64,000 nt of DNA. Source: Escherichia coli. GTDB taxonomy: Bacteria; Pseudomonadota; Gammaproteobacteria; Enterobacterales; Enterobacteriaceae. Shown here piece by piece: positions 1 to 7,451 of the stretch (position 1 is its first letter; each line of letters starts with the position of its first letter). Where the stretch lies: assembly GCF_003991155.1 (NCBI RefSeq), contig NZ_CP031297.1; one strand, written 5' to 3'. Position numbers and translations under genes: made by a program. The notes beneath the pieces are model-generated. The model was not told where the DNA came from, ran no database searches, and saw nothing but the letters and a program-made list of their open reading frames with translations.

Positions 1-400
1 TTTCCATCCAGTGAATGGCGTTGATGCCAGAACCACAGCAGGGCTCATAAAAGTCTGCCGAAGACTGTGAGCCAACAATGAGTGACATCAAGCGGCCAAT
101 CTCTGGAGGAGTGGGGAAGTAATTGGTGCCCTTCTTGTGGAAGCCAGACATGCTTAGGACGTAACCCAAAACATCGCTGGTGGGGTCGCGCTTAATGGCG
201 GCAGACAGGACGTGAGAGAGCTCGAAGGCGACCGGCTGAAGTTCTTCCGGGATCTCCTCCTTGGCTGGGTATAGGCCAGTCTGCAAGTATGCCCACTGGT
301 CAATAAAGGCCTCAACAAACCGAGATGTGCCCATTCTGTATCGGGACTGCTCGATGAGAGATAAAGCCTTGGATGTAAGTTGCTGTGTTTCTGGTGACAT
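1..400 (-). CDS. N6-adenine DNA methyltransferase, N-terminal part (gene runs off the left edge)
   Basis: Open-ended, so absent from the ORF track. Own translation from ATG at 400 leftwards: MSPETQQLTSKAL...GTNYFPTPPEIGRLMSLIVGSQSSADFYEPCCGSGINAIHWME. The FxTP and (D/E)PxCGSG pattern is typical of N6_Mtase enzymes. GGAG lies 6 nt upstream of the ATG. Confidence 0.6.
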   Translation of the reverse strand, partial: MSPETQQLTSKALSLIEQSRYRMGTSRFVEAFIDQWAYLQTGLYPAKEEIPEELQPVAFELSHVLSAAIKRDPTSDVLGYVLSMSGFHKKGTNYFPTPPEIGRLMSLIVGSQSSADFYEPCCGSGINAIHWME

Positions 401-491
401 AAGCGCTCCAGTTTGTTCTGACGAAACATTCAAGAGGTAGAAACGAAGAACCCCGCCGAAGCGAGGTTCTTTGCTTTCCTGCCTGATCGCC

Positions 492-635
492 TTAATGCCG
501 AAGCAAAGACGTCTTGATAAAGTCGGGGCAACCGGACATTTCCCGGTCGATGAAGTCCTGACGTTTCGCCAGCGGCCATTTCATGAACGCCGCGAGCGGG
601 ATGCGCTTATTCGTGTTAGTATTGCCTTGCAGCAT
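492..635 (-). CDS. small hypothetical protein (47 aa)
   Basis: Own translation MLQGNTNTNKRIPLAAFMKWPLAKRQDFIDREMSGCPDFIKTSLLRH; strong AAGGAG 7 nt upstream; too short for the track. Confidence 0.35.
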   Translation of the reverse strand: MLQGNTNTNKRIPLAAFMKWPLAKRQDFIDREMSGCPDFIKTSLLRH

Positions 636-770
636 AACAAAGCTCCTTAATTGCTTGATTGTGTTGTAAGGGCTGCAACGAAGGTCGAAGAGCGATGCGG
701 CCCTTATTTATGATTATTACAGCATCATAAAATAATATCAAGAGACAATAAAACGATACCAAGAAACAAA

Positions 771-788
771 ACTTTCACATGTGAAAGT
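771..788. promoter_or_regulatory. perfect 18-bp palindrome ACTTTCACATGTGAAAGT, copy 1 of 4 (candidate operator)
   Basis: Exact palindrome in a divergent intergenic region, about 60 bp upstream of the activator box at 847. Confidence 0.5.
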
Positions 789-846
789 CTCCCCGCTGTC
801 CACCTCGCACACTCCAAACGCCCAAACGCCCAAATAACTTGTCTAT

Positions 847-870
847 CTGCCCAAAATGGGCGCGTAAGCG
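847..870 (+). promoter_or_regulatory. AcaCD/SetCD-type activator box-like promoter element
   Basis: ctgcccaaaatgggcgcgtaagcg; shares G(C/T)CCnAAAnnGGGCnnnTAnnGCG with 10 other sites, all upstream of operon starts. Confidence 0.55.
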
Positions 871-952
871 TCCGATAGAAAGTAATTGTTAGTGAGATAT
901 TGACTACACGGAATATGGCTATATCATAGAATCATAAAATGATGCTGTAAAA

Positions 953-1339
953 GTGATATGTATGCCAAAGCAAGCAAATCATCTCCGTTTGAAGAAACCT
1001 TGCGCCAACTGTCCATTCCGGAAGGAGGGCGCTATCGAGCTGGCCCCTGGGCGATTAGAAGGCATCATCAACGACATCGTTGAAAACGACATGACGACGT
1101 TTCATTGCCACAAGACCGTGCACTCAAAGTCAGGTGGTGAATGGGATGAAGAGGGTAACTATGCACCTTCGGGACAAGAGTCGATGTGTGCCGGTGCTGC
1201 GGCTTACTTGATGAAAATAGGCAGGCCGACAGTGGCTATGCGAATTGCCTTTGCGTTTGGTGATGCAAAGGTGTCCGACTGGGACGAAGCTCAAGAGCTG
1301 GTTGTCGAGCCTTTGGTACAAGGGGACCGAAATGAGTAA
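953..1339 (+). CDS. hypothetical Cys/His-rich protein
   Basis: 128-aa ORF (alternative ATG at 962); CANCPFRK...FHCHK motifs; first ORF after the box at 847. Confidence 0.5.
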   Translation: MICMPKQANHLRLKKPCANCPFRKEGAIELAPGRLEGIINDIVENDMTTFHCHKTVHSKSGGEWDEEGNYAPSGQESMCAGAAAYLMKIGRPTVAMRIAFAFGDAKVSDWDEAQELVVEPLVQGDRNE

Positions 1340-1613
1340 GCGATATGCGGTAGTGCCGCATCCGAAACTGAAACGAGAGTACAAAGGTCGGCTGGTCAGA
1401 ACTACTCGGGTACTAAAAAACGGCTGGGGGTTGATCCCTCTAGGGGCTGTGGCAACGGTCACGCATCAGTCTCCCAAGGGATCAGAACTGACCTTTGAAC
1501 CATGCGACTGCTGCGGCCTGAAAGCCATTATCAGTCATGTAAGCATGGACTCCATTGAATTTATCGAACCGATTACTGAGGAAGAAGATGGACGAGAACA
1601 AGCTCAACATTGA
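1332..1613 (+). CDS. hypothetical protein (93 aa)
   Basis: Track ORF 1245 trimmed to an ATG that overlaps the upstream stop (ATGA coupling). Confidence 0.45.
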   Translation: MSKRYAVVPHPKLKREYKGRLVRTTRVLKNGWGLIPLGAVATVTHQSPKGSELTFEPCDCCGLKAIISHVSMDSIEFIEPITEEEDGREQAQH

Positions 1614-2262
1614 AACGGTCGATGGGCACAACGAGCTGGTAGTCAGCTTTTTGTCCAGAATGGTAAGCCTGAGTGACGAGGAAAAGCAGACAGTATTGTC
1701 CTGCCTTCCGGACACCGGCAAACAAACAATCACCCAGCTCTATGAGGCGCTGCGTTCTCAAGGGCACCAGGATCTTGCAGAGAAAGTCGAACCATACCTC
1801 CAGCAGGGGGTGTTTGGGCCGATCTTCGATAACGCCAAGTCCAAGGTGTTCGTTCGGGACGAAGCGCCTTTTTTCCTCATGGATGAAAATCCTTTGAACT
1901 GGGATGACGCTAAAGCATTCAATCGCCTACGTATGAGTACGACCTGTGTTCTTGGCCGTGGCGGCTGGACTATCGGTGAGCGCTTTGATGACCGCTTTGA
2001 TACCGAGGTGGGCGGAACACAGCTTATCGTCACTCAGTCACTCAACGAAAAAGGTGAGATTGAAGGAGGACTTCCTACCTCGATGTCGCTGAATGACTTT
2101 GCTGAGTTCCCTAAACAGCCAAGGCCTCCTCAAATAGTCGATTACCAGGAAGACAAGCGATACACGCTTGAGGAAGCGGAAGCTATCCCTGAGCTCGCAC
2201 CAGTGGTTCAGCGTCTGAAAGAGCGCATCGAAGAGTATGAGGAGAGAAGAGCCCATGATTGA
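1588..2262 (+). CDS. hypothetical protein (224 aa)
   Basis: ATG preceded by GAGGAAG; the track start at 1555 is TTG. Confidence 0.5.
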   Translation: MDENKLNIETVDGHNELVVSFLSRMVSLSDEEKQTVLSCLPDTGKQTITQLYEALRSQGHQDLAEKVEPYLQQGVFGPIFDNAKSKVFVRDEAPFFLMDENPLNWDDAKAFNRLRMSTTCVLGRGGWTIGERFDDRFDTEVGGTQLIVTQSLNEKGEIEGGLPTSMSLNDFAEFPKQPRPPQIVDYQEDKRYTLEEAEAIPELAPVVQRLKERIEEYEERRAHD

Positions 2263-2761
2263 CCTGACATGCCGCCTTTGTGCTGGTTCCGGTGTTTATG
2301 ACTTTTCCCCTTCCAAAGAAACCTGCGGTATGTGCCAAGGGCATGGGAAATTTGTTGACGCCAAAGCAATGCTGGTGGCTGCCATCGAGCTGGCAAAGAA
2401 GCAACGCGAGCCTGTCATTGAAGTGGTAATGGGGTTGGTGCTCCAGGGTGTGGATGTTAGAGGGAAGGAGCCTGGAGAGCGGTTCAAGGCTGCTCAGGCC
2501 TTTAACGCCCCAGGGCACAACCTATTACGATACGGGTGGGATGCTTGGGAGCTCTATGCCCTCCATGAGGGTGTAAGTCCAGAACTTGCATCGCTTGGCC
2601 GAAGTGTGATGCGCGAGTGGCATAGCCATTCATGGGGCCGGTTCAGTGGAGAGGTAGGCTTTAACGCCGCCGAGATCATGATCAAACAGGCCAAAGACAA
2701 CCCAGAAAAAGCAGAAGAGCGCTGGGCGTTCCTGCTTAGTGAAGAATGGATGGTGGAGTAA
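2255..2761 (+). CDS. protein with DnaJ-type zinc-finger repeats
   Basis: N-terminus MIDLTCRLCAGSGVYDFSPSKETCGMCQGHG carries two CxxCxGxG repeats; ATGA overlap with the upstream stop. Confidence 0.5.
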   Translation: MIDLTCRLCAGSGVYDFSPSKETCGMCQGHGKFVDAKAMLVAAIELAKKQREPVIEVVMGLVLQGVDVRGKEPGERFKAAQAFNAPGHNLLRYGWDAWELYALHEGVSPELASLGRSVMREWHSHSWGRFSGEVGFNAAEIMIKQAKDNPEKAEERWAFLLSEEWMVE

Positions 2762-3078
2762 TTGTCGTGACAGAACAAACCAATAAGAAATTGATGCTGG
2801 ATGAGTCTCCAGATATGCCCCTGCAATTCAAGTGGAGAAAGTTTGGTGGTGCGATTTTTACTGCCACGCAAACAATGGAGCACGTCAAGGAAGGACGTAA
2901 GCTCGGGCCGACTCCAGCAGGGATGCTACCTCAAGAAGTGTGGCTGAACCGCCTGATCGCTATGGAAGAAACCCTGCCACGAGGGAAGTTTTTTGACAGA
3001 TTCCGCCGCCGCGACAAAAACGAGCAGTATGACTTGGCCGCCGATCATCTCCGTCTTGTCGGACAGAAAAAGCGATAG
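2746..3078 (+). CDS. hypothetical protein (110 aa)
   Basis: ORF in operon context, overlapping the upstream gene end. Confidence 0.4.
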   Translation: MDGGVIVVTEQTNKKLMLDESPDMPLQFKWRKFGGAIFTATQTMEHVKEGRKLGPTPAGMLPQEVWLNRLIAMEETLPRGKFFDRFRRRDKNEQYDLAADHLRLVGQKKR

Positions 3079-3086
3079 GGGGATAG

Positions 3087-3587
3087 ATGAAAGCCCAGGC
3101 ATACCCACCATCAGTCATTCGTAAAGGCGCTGTGTTGTACGCAGCCCTTTATTACATCTCTGATGATGATAAAGCAAAGGTCGAGGTTACAGAGTGGATA
3201 GTTCGCTCTATTCAGAAACGACGCAACTCAACCAGCGATCAACGCTATGTCAATCTTGCCCAAAAGTTAGATGGGATTACGTGGGGGAAAAGGTCACGGA
3301 AGAATGGGGACTTTGGTTGGTTGCCATCTATACCGAGCTGGTGCTTGAAGCAGTTCCGGGAAGGTGGCGAATTGCCTTTTGGCGTTTATACGACGCGACT
3401 GGCCGCTCTCAAGTTTGCGAAAGTCAGCTTGCAGGAAGAGGTCCAATATTGCGAGGCCGAGCTGAAAAAGGCTCAGACAGAAGAGGATACTCAGGAACTC
3501 CAAGAGGAGCTGGCGGAGAACCAGAGACTTCTGAAAGCTGCTGGAGCAATGGTGAAGCGCGAGCAAAACAAGAAGAAAAGAGGTTGA
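3087..3587 (+). CDS. hypothetical protein with charged coiled-coil-like C-terminus
   Basis: 166-aa ORF; GGGGGA upstream; C-terminal EELAENQRLLKAAGAMVKREQNKKKRG. Confidence 0.45.
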   Translation: MKAQAYPPSVIRKGAVLYAALYYISDDDKAKVEVTEWIVRSIQKRRNSTSDQRYVNLAQKLDGITWGKRSRKNGDFGWLPSIPSWCLKQFREGGELPFGVYTTRLAALKFAKVSLQEEVQYCEAELKKAQTEEDTQELQEELAENQRLLKAAGAMVKREQNKKKRG

Positions 3588-3590
3588 CCA

Positions 3591-5018
3591 ATGTTACCGA
3601 TCGTCTCCCCCTCCGTAGTAACCAAACAACTTGCGTTCAATCGAGTAGGCGATAAACGCAAGGTTAGGGTTTCGTCCAACTTTTTGGATGTTATGGGGTT
3701 CAAGCCAGGTATGGGCATCGCCGTTGAGCCAGGGGAGGGGATGGGCGGTTTTTCGGTGATCCCAGCGACCGATGAACTACAGACACACCAGGTTTATCAG
3801 CGCCGGTATCAACCAAAGAGTCGCTCCAACAACCCGCTGGAAACCGTTATTGAGTTTTCTGGACAAGGGCTCATAGATAAGTGCTTCCCTCGCTATACAG
3901 AGCGTTTCCACGTCGAAATGCGAAAAGGTCGAGTAGTCTTCACTCCCGTCGCAAACAGAGCCTTTGCCATTGCTGATCGGTTCAGAAAAACCAGCCCTTT
4001 CCGTGCCTTTGTGGCATTGACTGGCGGGGTAGACATTCATGTTATGGAATCGCTTGGCTGGAAGGCTGAGATTGTTTTGGAACATCGTCCAGTTGAAGCC
4101 AGAGACAGAGCATCCGGGCGGAACCTGAGTGAAGTACATGCGCTCAATACGCTGGTGAACAGCTCCCCGCGTATCCTGCTGAATGAAGACATTCATCACC
4201 TGGAGCTGGATCGCCTTGGAGCCTTGCTGGCGGAGTGCCCACCAATTGGTTTGGCCCATTACTCGTTGGGGTGTGATGACCACTCAAACGCCAAAAGTCC
4301 AAGGGACAAAGAGCGTTCTCTTGAAGATCTCTCCACCATGCTCGACATGGTTTACCCGGCACTAAAACAGATCGAGGTCGTGAACCCTGCCGTCGTGCTG
4401 GTGGAAAACGTCCCGAACTTCAAAGCATCCGGAGCCGGGGCGATGATGGGAACGACACTGCGGCGGATGGGGTACTTCCTCACTGAGATGGTCTTGAACG
4501 GTCTGGATTTCGGCGCGTACCAGGGGCGAGAACGCTATTACATGGTGGCGTCGGTCTTCCCTGGGTTCGTTCCACCGAAACCTGAGCAGAGAGCTGGTGG
4601 ACGATTGTGGCCGGTGATCGAGAAGCACCTCGGGGATTGTGCAGACGTCACAGCGTTGAAGTCAATTCAGGCCAGAGAGTCAACTTCTCGCAGGATGCCT
4701 GCGTTCTTGACGAGAGAAAGCACCAGTTGCCCGACCATCCTCAAGTCTCAGGATCGTGGGGTAAAGGATGCAGTGTACATCCAAGACGGTGGCCGCATTT
4801 ACAAGCCATCGGTCGATCTGGTTCAGGAGTTGATGTCGATACCTGATAGCTTTGATATTTCGTGGATGGCAAAAGAACAAGCGACAGAAACACTTGGGCA
4901 GAGTGTGGATTACAGATTGCATTCAGCGGTCATGGCCGCAGTTCGGGATCACCTGAATGTGAATTGCGGTCGCCATACCGTGGTGCAGCACGGTATCAGA
5001 AGTAAGGAAGGTAAATAA
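3591..5018 (+). CDS. C5-cytosine DNA methyltransferase paralogue with AbrB/SpoVT-like N-terminal segment and atypical catalytic motif
   Basis: ENVPNF (motif VI), QGRERYYMVAS (VIII), TLGQSV (X). Aligns with 55614-57239. The motif IV position reads LGCDDHS instead of PCxxxS. N-terminal RKVRVSSNFLDVMGFKPGMGIAVEP resembles an AbrB-type swapped hairpin. Confidence 0.65.
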   Translation: MLPIVSPSVVTKQLAFNRVGDKRKVRVSSNFLDVMGFKPGMGIAVEPGEGMGGFSVIPATDELQTHQVYQRRYQPKSRSNNPLETVIEFSGQGLIDKCFPRYTERFHVEMRKGRVVFTPVANRAFAIADRFRKTSPFRAFVALTGGVDIHVMESLGWKAEIVLEHRPVEARDRASGRNLSEVHALNTLVNSSPRILLNEDIHHLELDRLGALLAECPPIGLAHYSLGCDDHSNAKSPRDKERSLEDLSTMLDMVYPALKQIEVVNPAVVLVENVPNFKASGAGAMMGTTLRRMGYFLTEMVLNGLDFGAYQGRERYYMVASVFPGFVPPKPEQRAGGRLWPVIEKHLGDCADVTALKSIQARESTSRRMPAFLTRESTSCPTILKSQDRGVKDAVYIQDGGRIYKPSVDLVQELMSIPDSFDISWMAKEQATETLGQSVDYRLHSAVMAAVRDHLNVNCGRHTVVQHGIRSKEGK

Positions 5019-5674
5019 TGGCAGTCATTTACTACGGCGAGGGAACCCATGACGCCGGTTTCGTCGGGTTCCGTGTCGCACGAACAGTTGGGGTGGCGGA
5101 TGATTACCGGCAGGAATACTTCTCCTTGAGAGAGTATTCCTACGCAACAGCTCACCGGCTGGCCTACAGCTTGGACCGAAAGTGGGAAGCTGAGGCAGAA
5201 GAGGTGAAGCGTCAGAATAAGACTTGTAAGCGGCGACGCAACTCCGGGCCAAATATCATTGCTGAGGGGCTGAGGGCTTATATCAGTATCGAGAACCGGA
5301 GCCGGATGGGGGTGAAGAGAACCTACTTCGCACCTTGTTTTCTCGTCACAAAGCCAGGCTACGGCAATGGGGATATTGTTTTCAGGATTTCCACTCATGG
5401 CTACGCAGAAGCCTACGAAAAGGCGGTGGAAAAATATTGTGAGATCCATGATTTGACGGATGAGCAGTATGTTGAGTTGCTTGACCGTATGCCGAGTACA
5501 GAGGTGTTCACTGGATACCTGCTGAATGCTCTTTTAATACGCGGTCATCGCGCCACAAAAGCTGAAATACTGAGTAAGCTGGGGGCTGCGAAGAATGAAG
5601 ATGACATCACCAATAGCAAAGGGAAAAGCGGCCACAACAGAGTGCGTTGCCCAGAGTATCGGTGGGCGCAATAA
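5018..5674 (+). CDS. hypothetical protein, possibly two AP2-like DNA-binding repeats
   Basis: 218 aa; ATAATG overlap with the upstream stop; GFVGFRVAR..YFSLREYSYATAHRLAYSLDRKWE and a second similar unit; weak call. Confidence 0.4.
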   Translation: MAVIYYGEGTHDAGFVGFRVARTVGVADDYRQEYFSLREYSYATAHRLAYSLDRKWEAEAEEVKRQNKTCKRRRNSGPNIIAEGLRAYISIENRSRMGVKRTYFAPCFLVTKPGYGNGDIVFRISTHGYAEAYEKAVEKYCEIHDLTDEQYVELLDRMPSTEVFTGYLLNALLIRGHRATKAEILSKLGAAKNEDDITNSKGKSGHNRVRCPEYRWAQ

Positions 5675-5729
5675 CAGCGCCAGATGTTCAAACCATGTTT
5701 TATAGCAACACCTCTTTGGGGGCGGAATT

Positions 5730-6347
5730 ATGTTTTTTGATAACAAAGTAGAATCTCACTCGCTCGTAATGGGAGCCAGCGGGAAGGGCAAATCGGTCTT
5801 GTCCGAACAAGTGCGGAAAAACGCGAGGCTGCGCGGTGATCTGCTGGTGGATACTGAGATGTACCGTGAAGGTCGAGGGTTGAAACCATACGAGCATGAG
5901 TACGCTCGTCGCTTAGTTCTGGGGCTAAGTGGACCGTTGCCGCGTGAACTGCGTGGGAAGCCGGTGACGGTTATCTCTGATGTGTCCAGACCAAAAAAGG
6001 TAAAGCGTCAGCCAAAGCAATTTGTTAAGACCGTAAATGGCGTCACCCTTGAACGCCAATTGGTGGCAGATGCAAGAGACCAGTTGGAAATGCAAACAGG
6101 CGTCTGGCTCAAACAACCTCAGCTCATCGAGCTGATGGAAGAGTCGGGCATAGACGAAACTCTAGCCGATTTTGGTGAGGCTGAAACACAGATCCGAGAA
6201 ATGCTGGCGGATGCGTTGGCGATGAAACTGGTAGGGCGCTCATGGCCCAAGTGTGGAGCCCTCTATAACGCGGCAGAAAAGTCCGACGTTAACTTTTCCT
6301 CCGAGCTTGATGCTGCGGCAAAAGAAGCTGGATACATGGTTCGCTGA
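5730..6347 (+). CDS. hypothetical protein with P-loop-like GASGKGKS
   Basis: 205-aa ORF; GGGGGCGGA upstream. Confidence 0.4.
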   Translation: MFFDNKVESHSLVMGASGKGKSVLSEQVRKNARLRGDLLVDTEMYREGRGLKPYEHEYARRLVLGLSGPLPRELRGKPVTVISDVSRPKKVKRQPKQFVKTVNGVTLERQLVADARDQLEMQTGVWLKQPQLIELMEESGIDETLADFGEAETQIREMLADALAMKLVGRSWPKCGALYNAAEKSDVNFSSELDAAAKEAGYMVR

Positions 6348-6554
6348 ATGGGATTTGGTGTGGACAAGATAGATCGGCAAAGTTGGCTCGTTAAATTCAG
6401 GCGAGCGAAGTGTCAGGACACTTTAGACACGATGCGGGATGCGGCCATTCGCAACTATGAAGGGAATATTCGTGTTATCGCGGATATTGTATTGGCCCAT
6501 GAGGCGAGAGAGACAGAAATTGAAAAAGGGATGTTTTGTCTAATAGTTAGATAG
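6348..6554 (+). CDS. hypothetical protein (68 aa)
   Basis: ATG abuts the upstream TGA (TGAATG). Confidence 0.3.
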   Translation: MGFGVDKIDRQSWLVKFRRAKCQDTLDTMRDAAIRNYEGNIRVIADIVLAHEARETEIEKGMFCLIVR

Positions 6555-6579
6555 TCTGATGAGCTATCAGGTGGTGATT

Positions 6580-6858
6580 ATGAAAAAGAGAATACTTCAT
6601 CTGCCCGTAAAAAAGATTTACTTCGATCAGATCAAATCTGGAGAAAAACCAGATGAATATCGCCTCGTCACAGACTACTGGATAAAAAGACTAGAGGGGC
6701 GCGAGTATGATGAAGTCCATGTTAAGTGTGGCTACCCAAAGGCTGGAGATATGTCCAGGATAGAGATTCGTCCTTGGCGTGGCTTCTCAAGGAACGTCAT
6801 AACGCACCCGCACTTTGGAGATTATCCGGTTGAAGTATTCGCCATCCATGTGAATTGA
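6580..6858 (+). CDS. ASCH (PUA-like) domain protein
   Basis: MKKRILHLPVKKIYFDQIKSGEKPDEYRLV... fits the ASCH N-terminal pattern; the track start at 6559 is also possible. Confidence 0.5.
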   Translation: MKKRILHLPVKKIYFDQIKSGEKPDEYRLVTDYWIKRLEGREYDEVHVKCGYPKAGDMSRIEIRPWRGFSRNVITHPHFGDYPVEVFAIHVN

Positions 6859-6922
6859 TTTTGGTATTCTGATTTAAAACTATTGTAGCTCAGGTATCAA
6901 AAGAACTTGGGTAATTAAAGAT

Positions 6923-6950
6923 AAGGGGCCGACGGCCCCTTAATTGTTTT
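6923..6950. terminator. bidirectional intrinsic terminator between convergent units
   Basis: AAGGGGCC-gac-GGCCCCTT 8-bp stem followed by a T-rich run. Confidence 0.65.
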
Positions 6951-7437
6951 AGTTTGTGAATATTGAACAATCGAGGTGGGATAGCGCTTGTTCGTAGCTA
7001 CCTTTGTTGTTCGTCTTACGCAGTGCCACCAGCTCAACAATCAATTGGCTTAAAGCCAGTGATTGAGGCTCCCAGACGCGCTTGCATTTGTCAGCCATGT
7101 TGGCATTTACGTCTGTAATGACGTAGAGGAAATCAGGGACGTCTTTCAAGGTCCCCAGGCCTTTTGCCATATCAACAGCCTCAGGGTTTTGATAGCTTCG
7201 AGTGGCGCTCAGGTCATCGTGGGAAATATAGCTGGCAGATGTCTCAGCGAAACCTAACACCATGCCTTTTCCTGCGCTTTTTGCAATGGCCGAGCCGATA
7301 GCTAGAGTTGGCATGATGGCCTGACCTATTTGGCGGGTAGATGCAGTTGCCAAGCCTGAGGCGATGTTCTTCCCGGCATCTTCGGCAGTGGCAGAGCTGG
7401 TTGTGAGCATCGCAGTTAAAATGATTTTTCCAAACAT
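6949..7437 (-). CDS. secreted hypothetical protein (162 aa)
   Basis: Trimmed to MFGKIILTAMLTTSSATAED (signal-peptide-like) with GAGGAA upstream. Confidence 0.45.
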   Translation of the reverse strand: MFGKIILTAMLTTSSATAEDAGKNIASGLATASTRQIGQAIMPTLAIGSAIAKSAGKGMVLGFAETSASYISHDDLSATRSYQNPEAVDMAKGLGTLKDVPDFLYVITDVNANMADKCKRVWEPQSLALSQLIVELVALRKTNNKGSYEQALSHLDCSIFTN

Positions 7438-7451
7438 ACTTAATTCCTCTA

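Noticed and set aside
154..429. Track ORF (91 aa, - strand)
   Set aside because: Ser/Arg/Leu/Pro-rich, non-protein-like composition. Another - frame over the same DNA gives a clean N6-methyltransferase N-terminus with SD and start at 400.
771..788. Reading the palindrome as a CRP site
   Set aside because: CRP needs TGTGA-N6-TCACA. Here the half-sites are in the opposite order and directly abutting.
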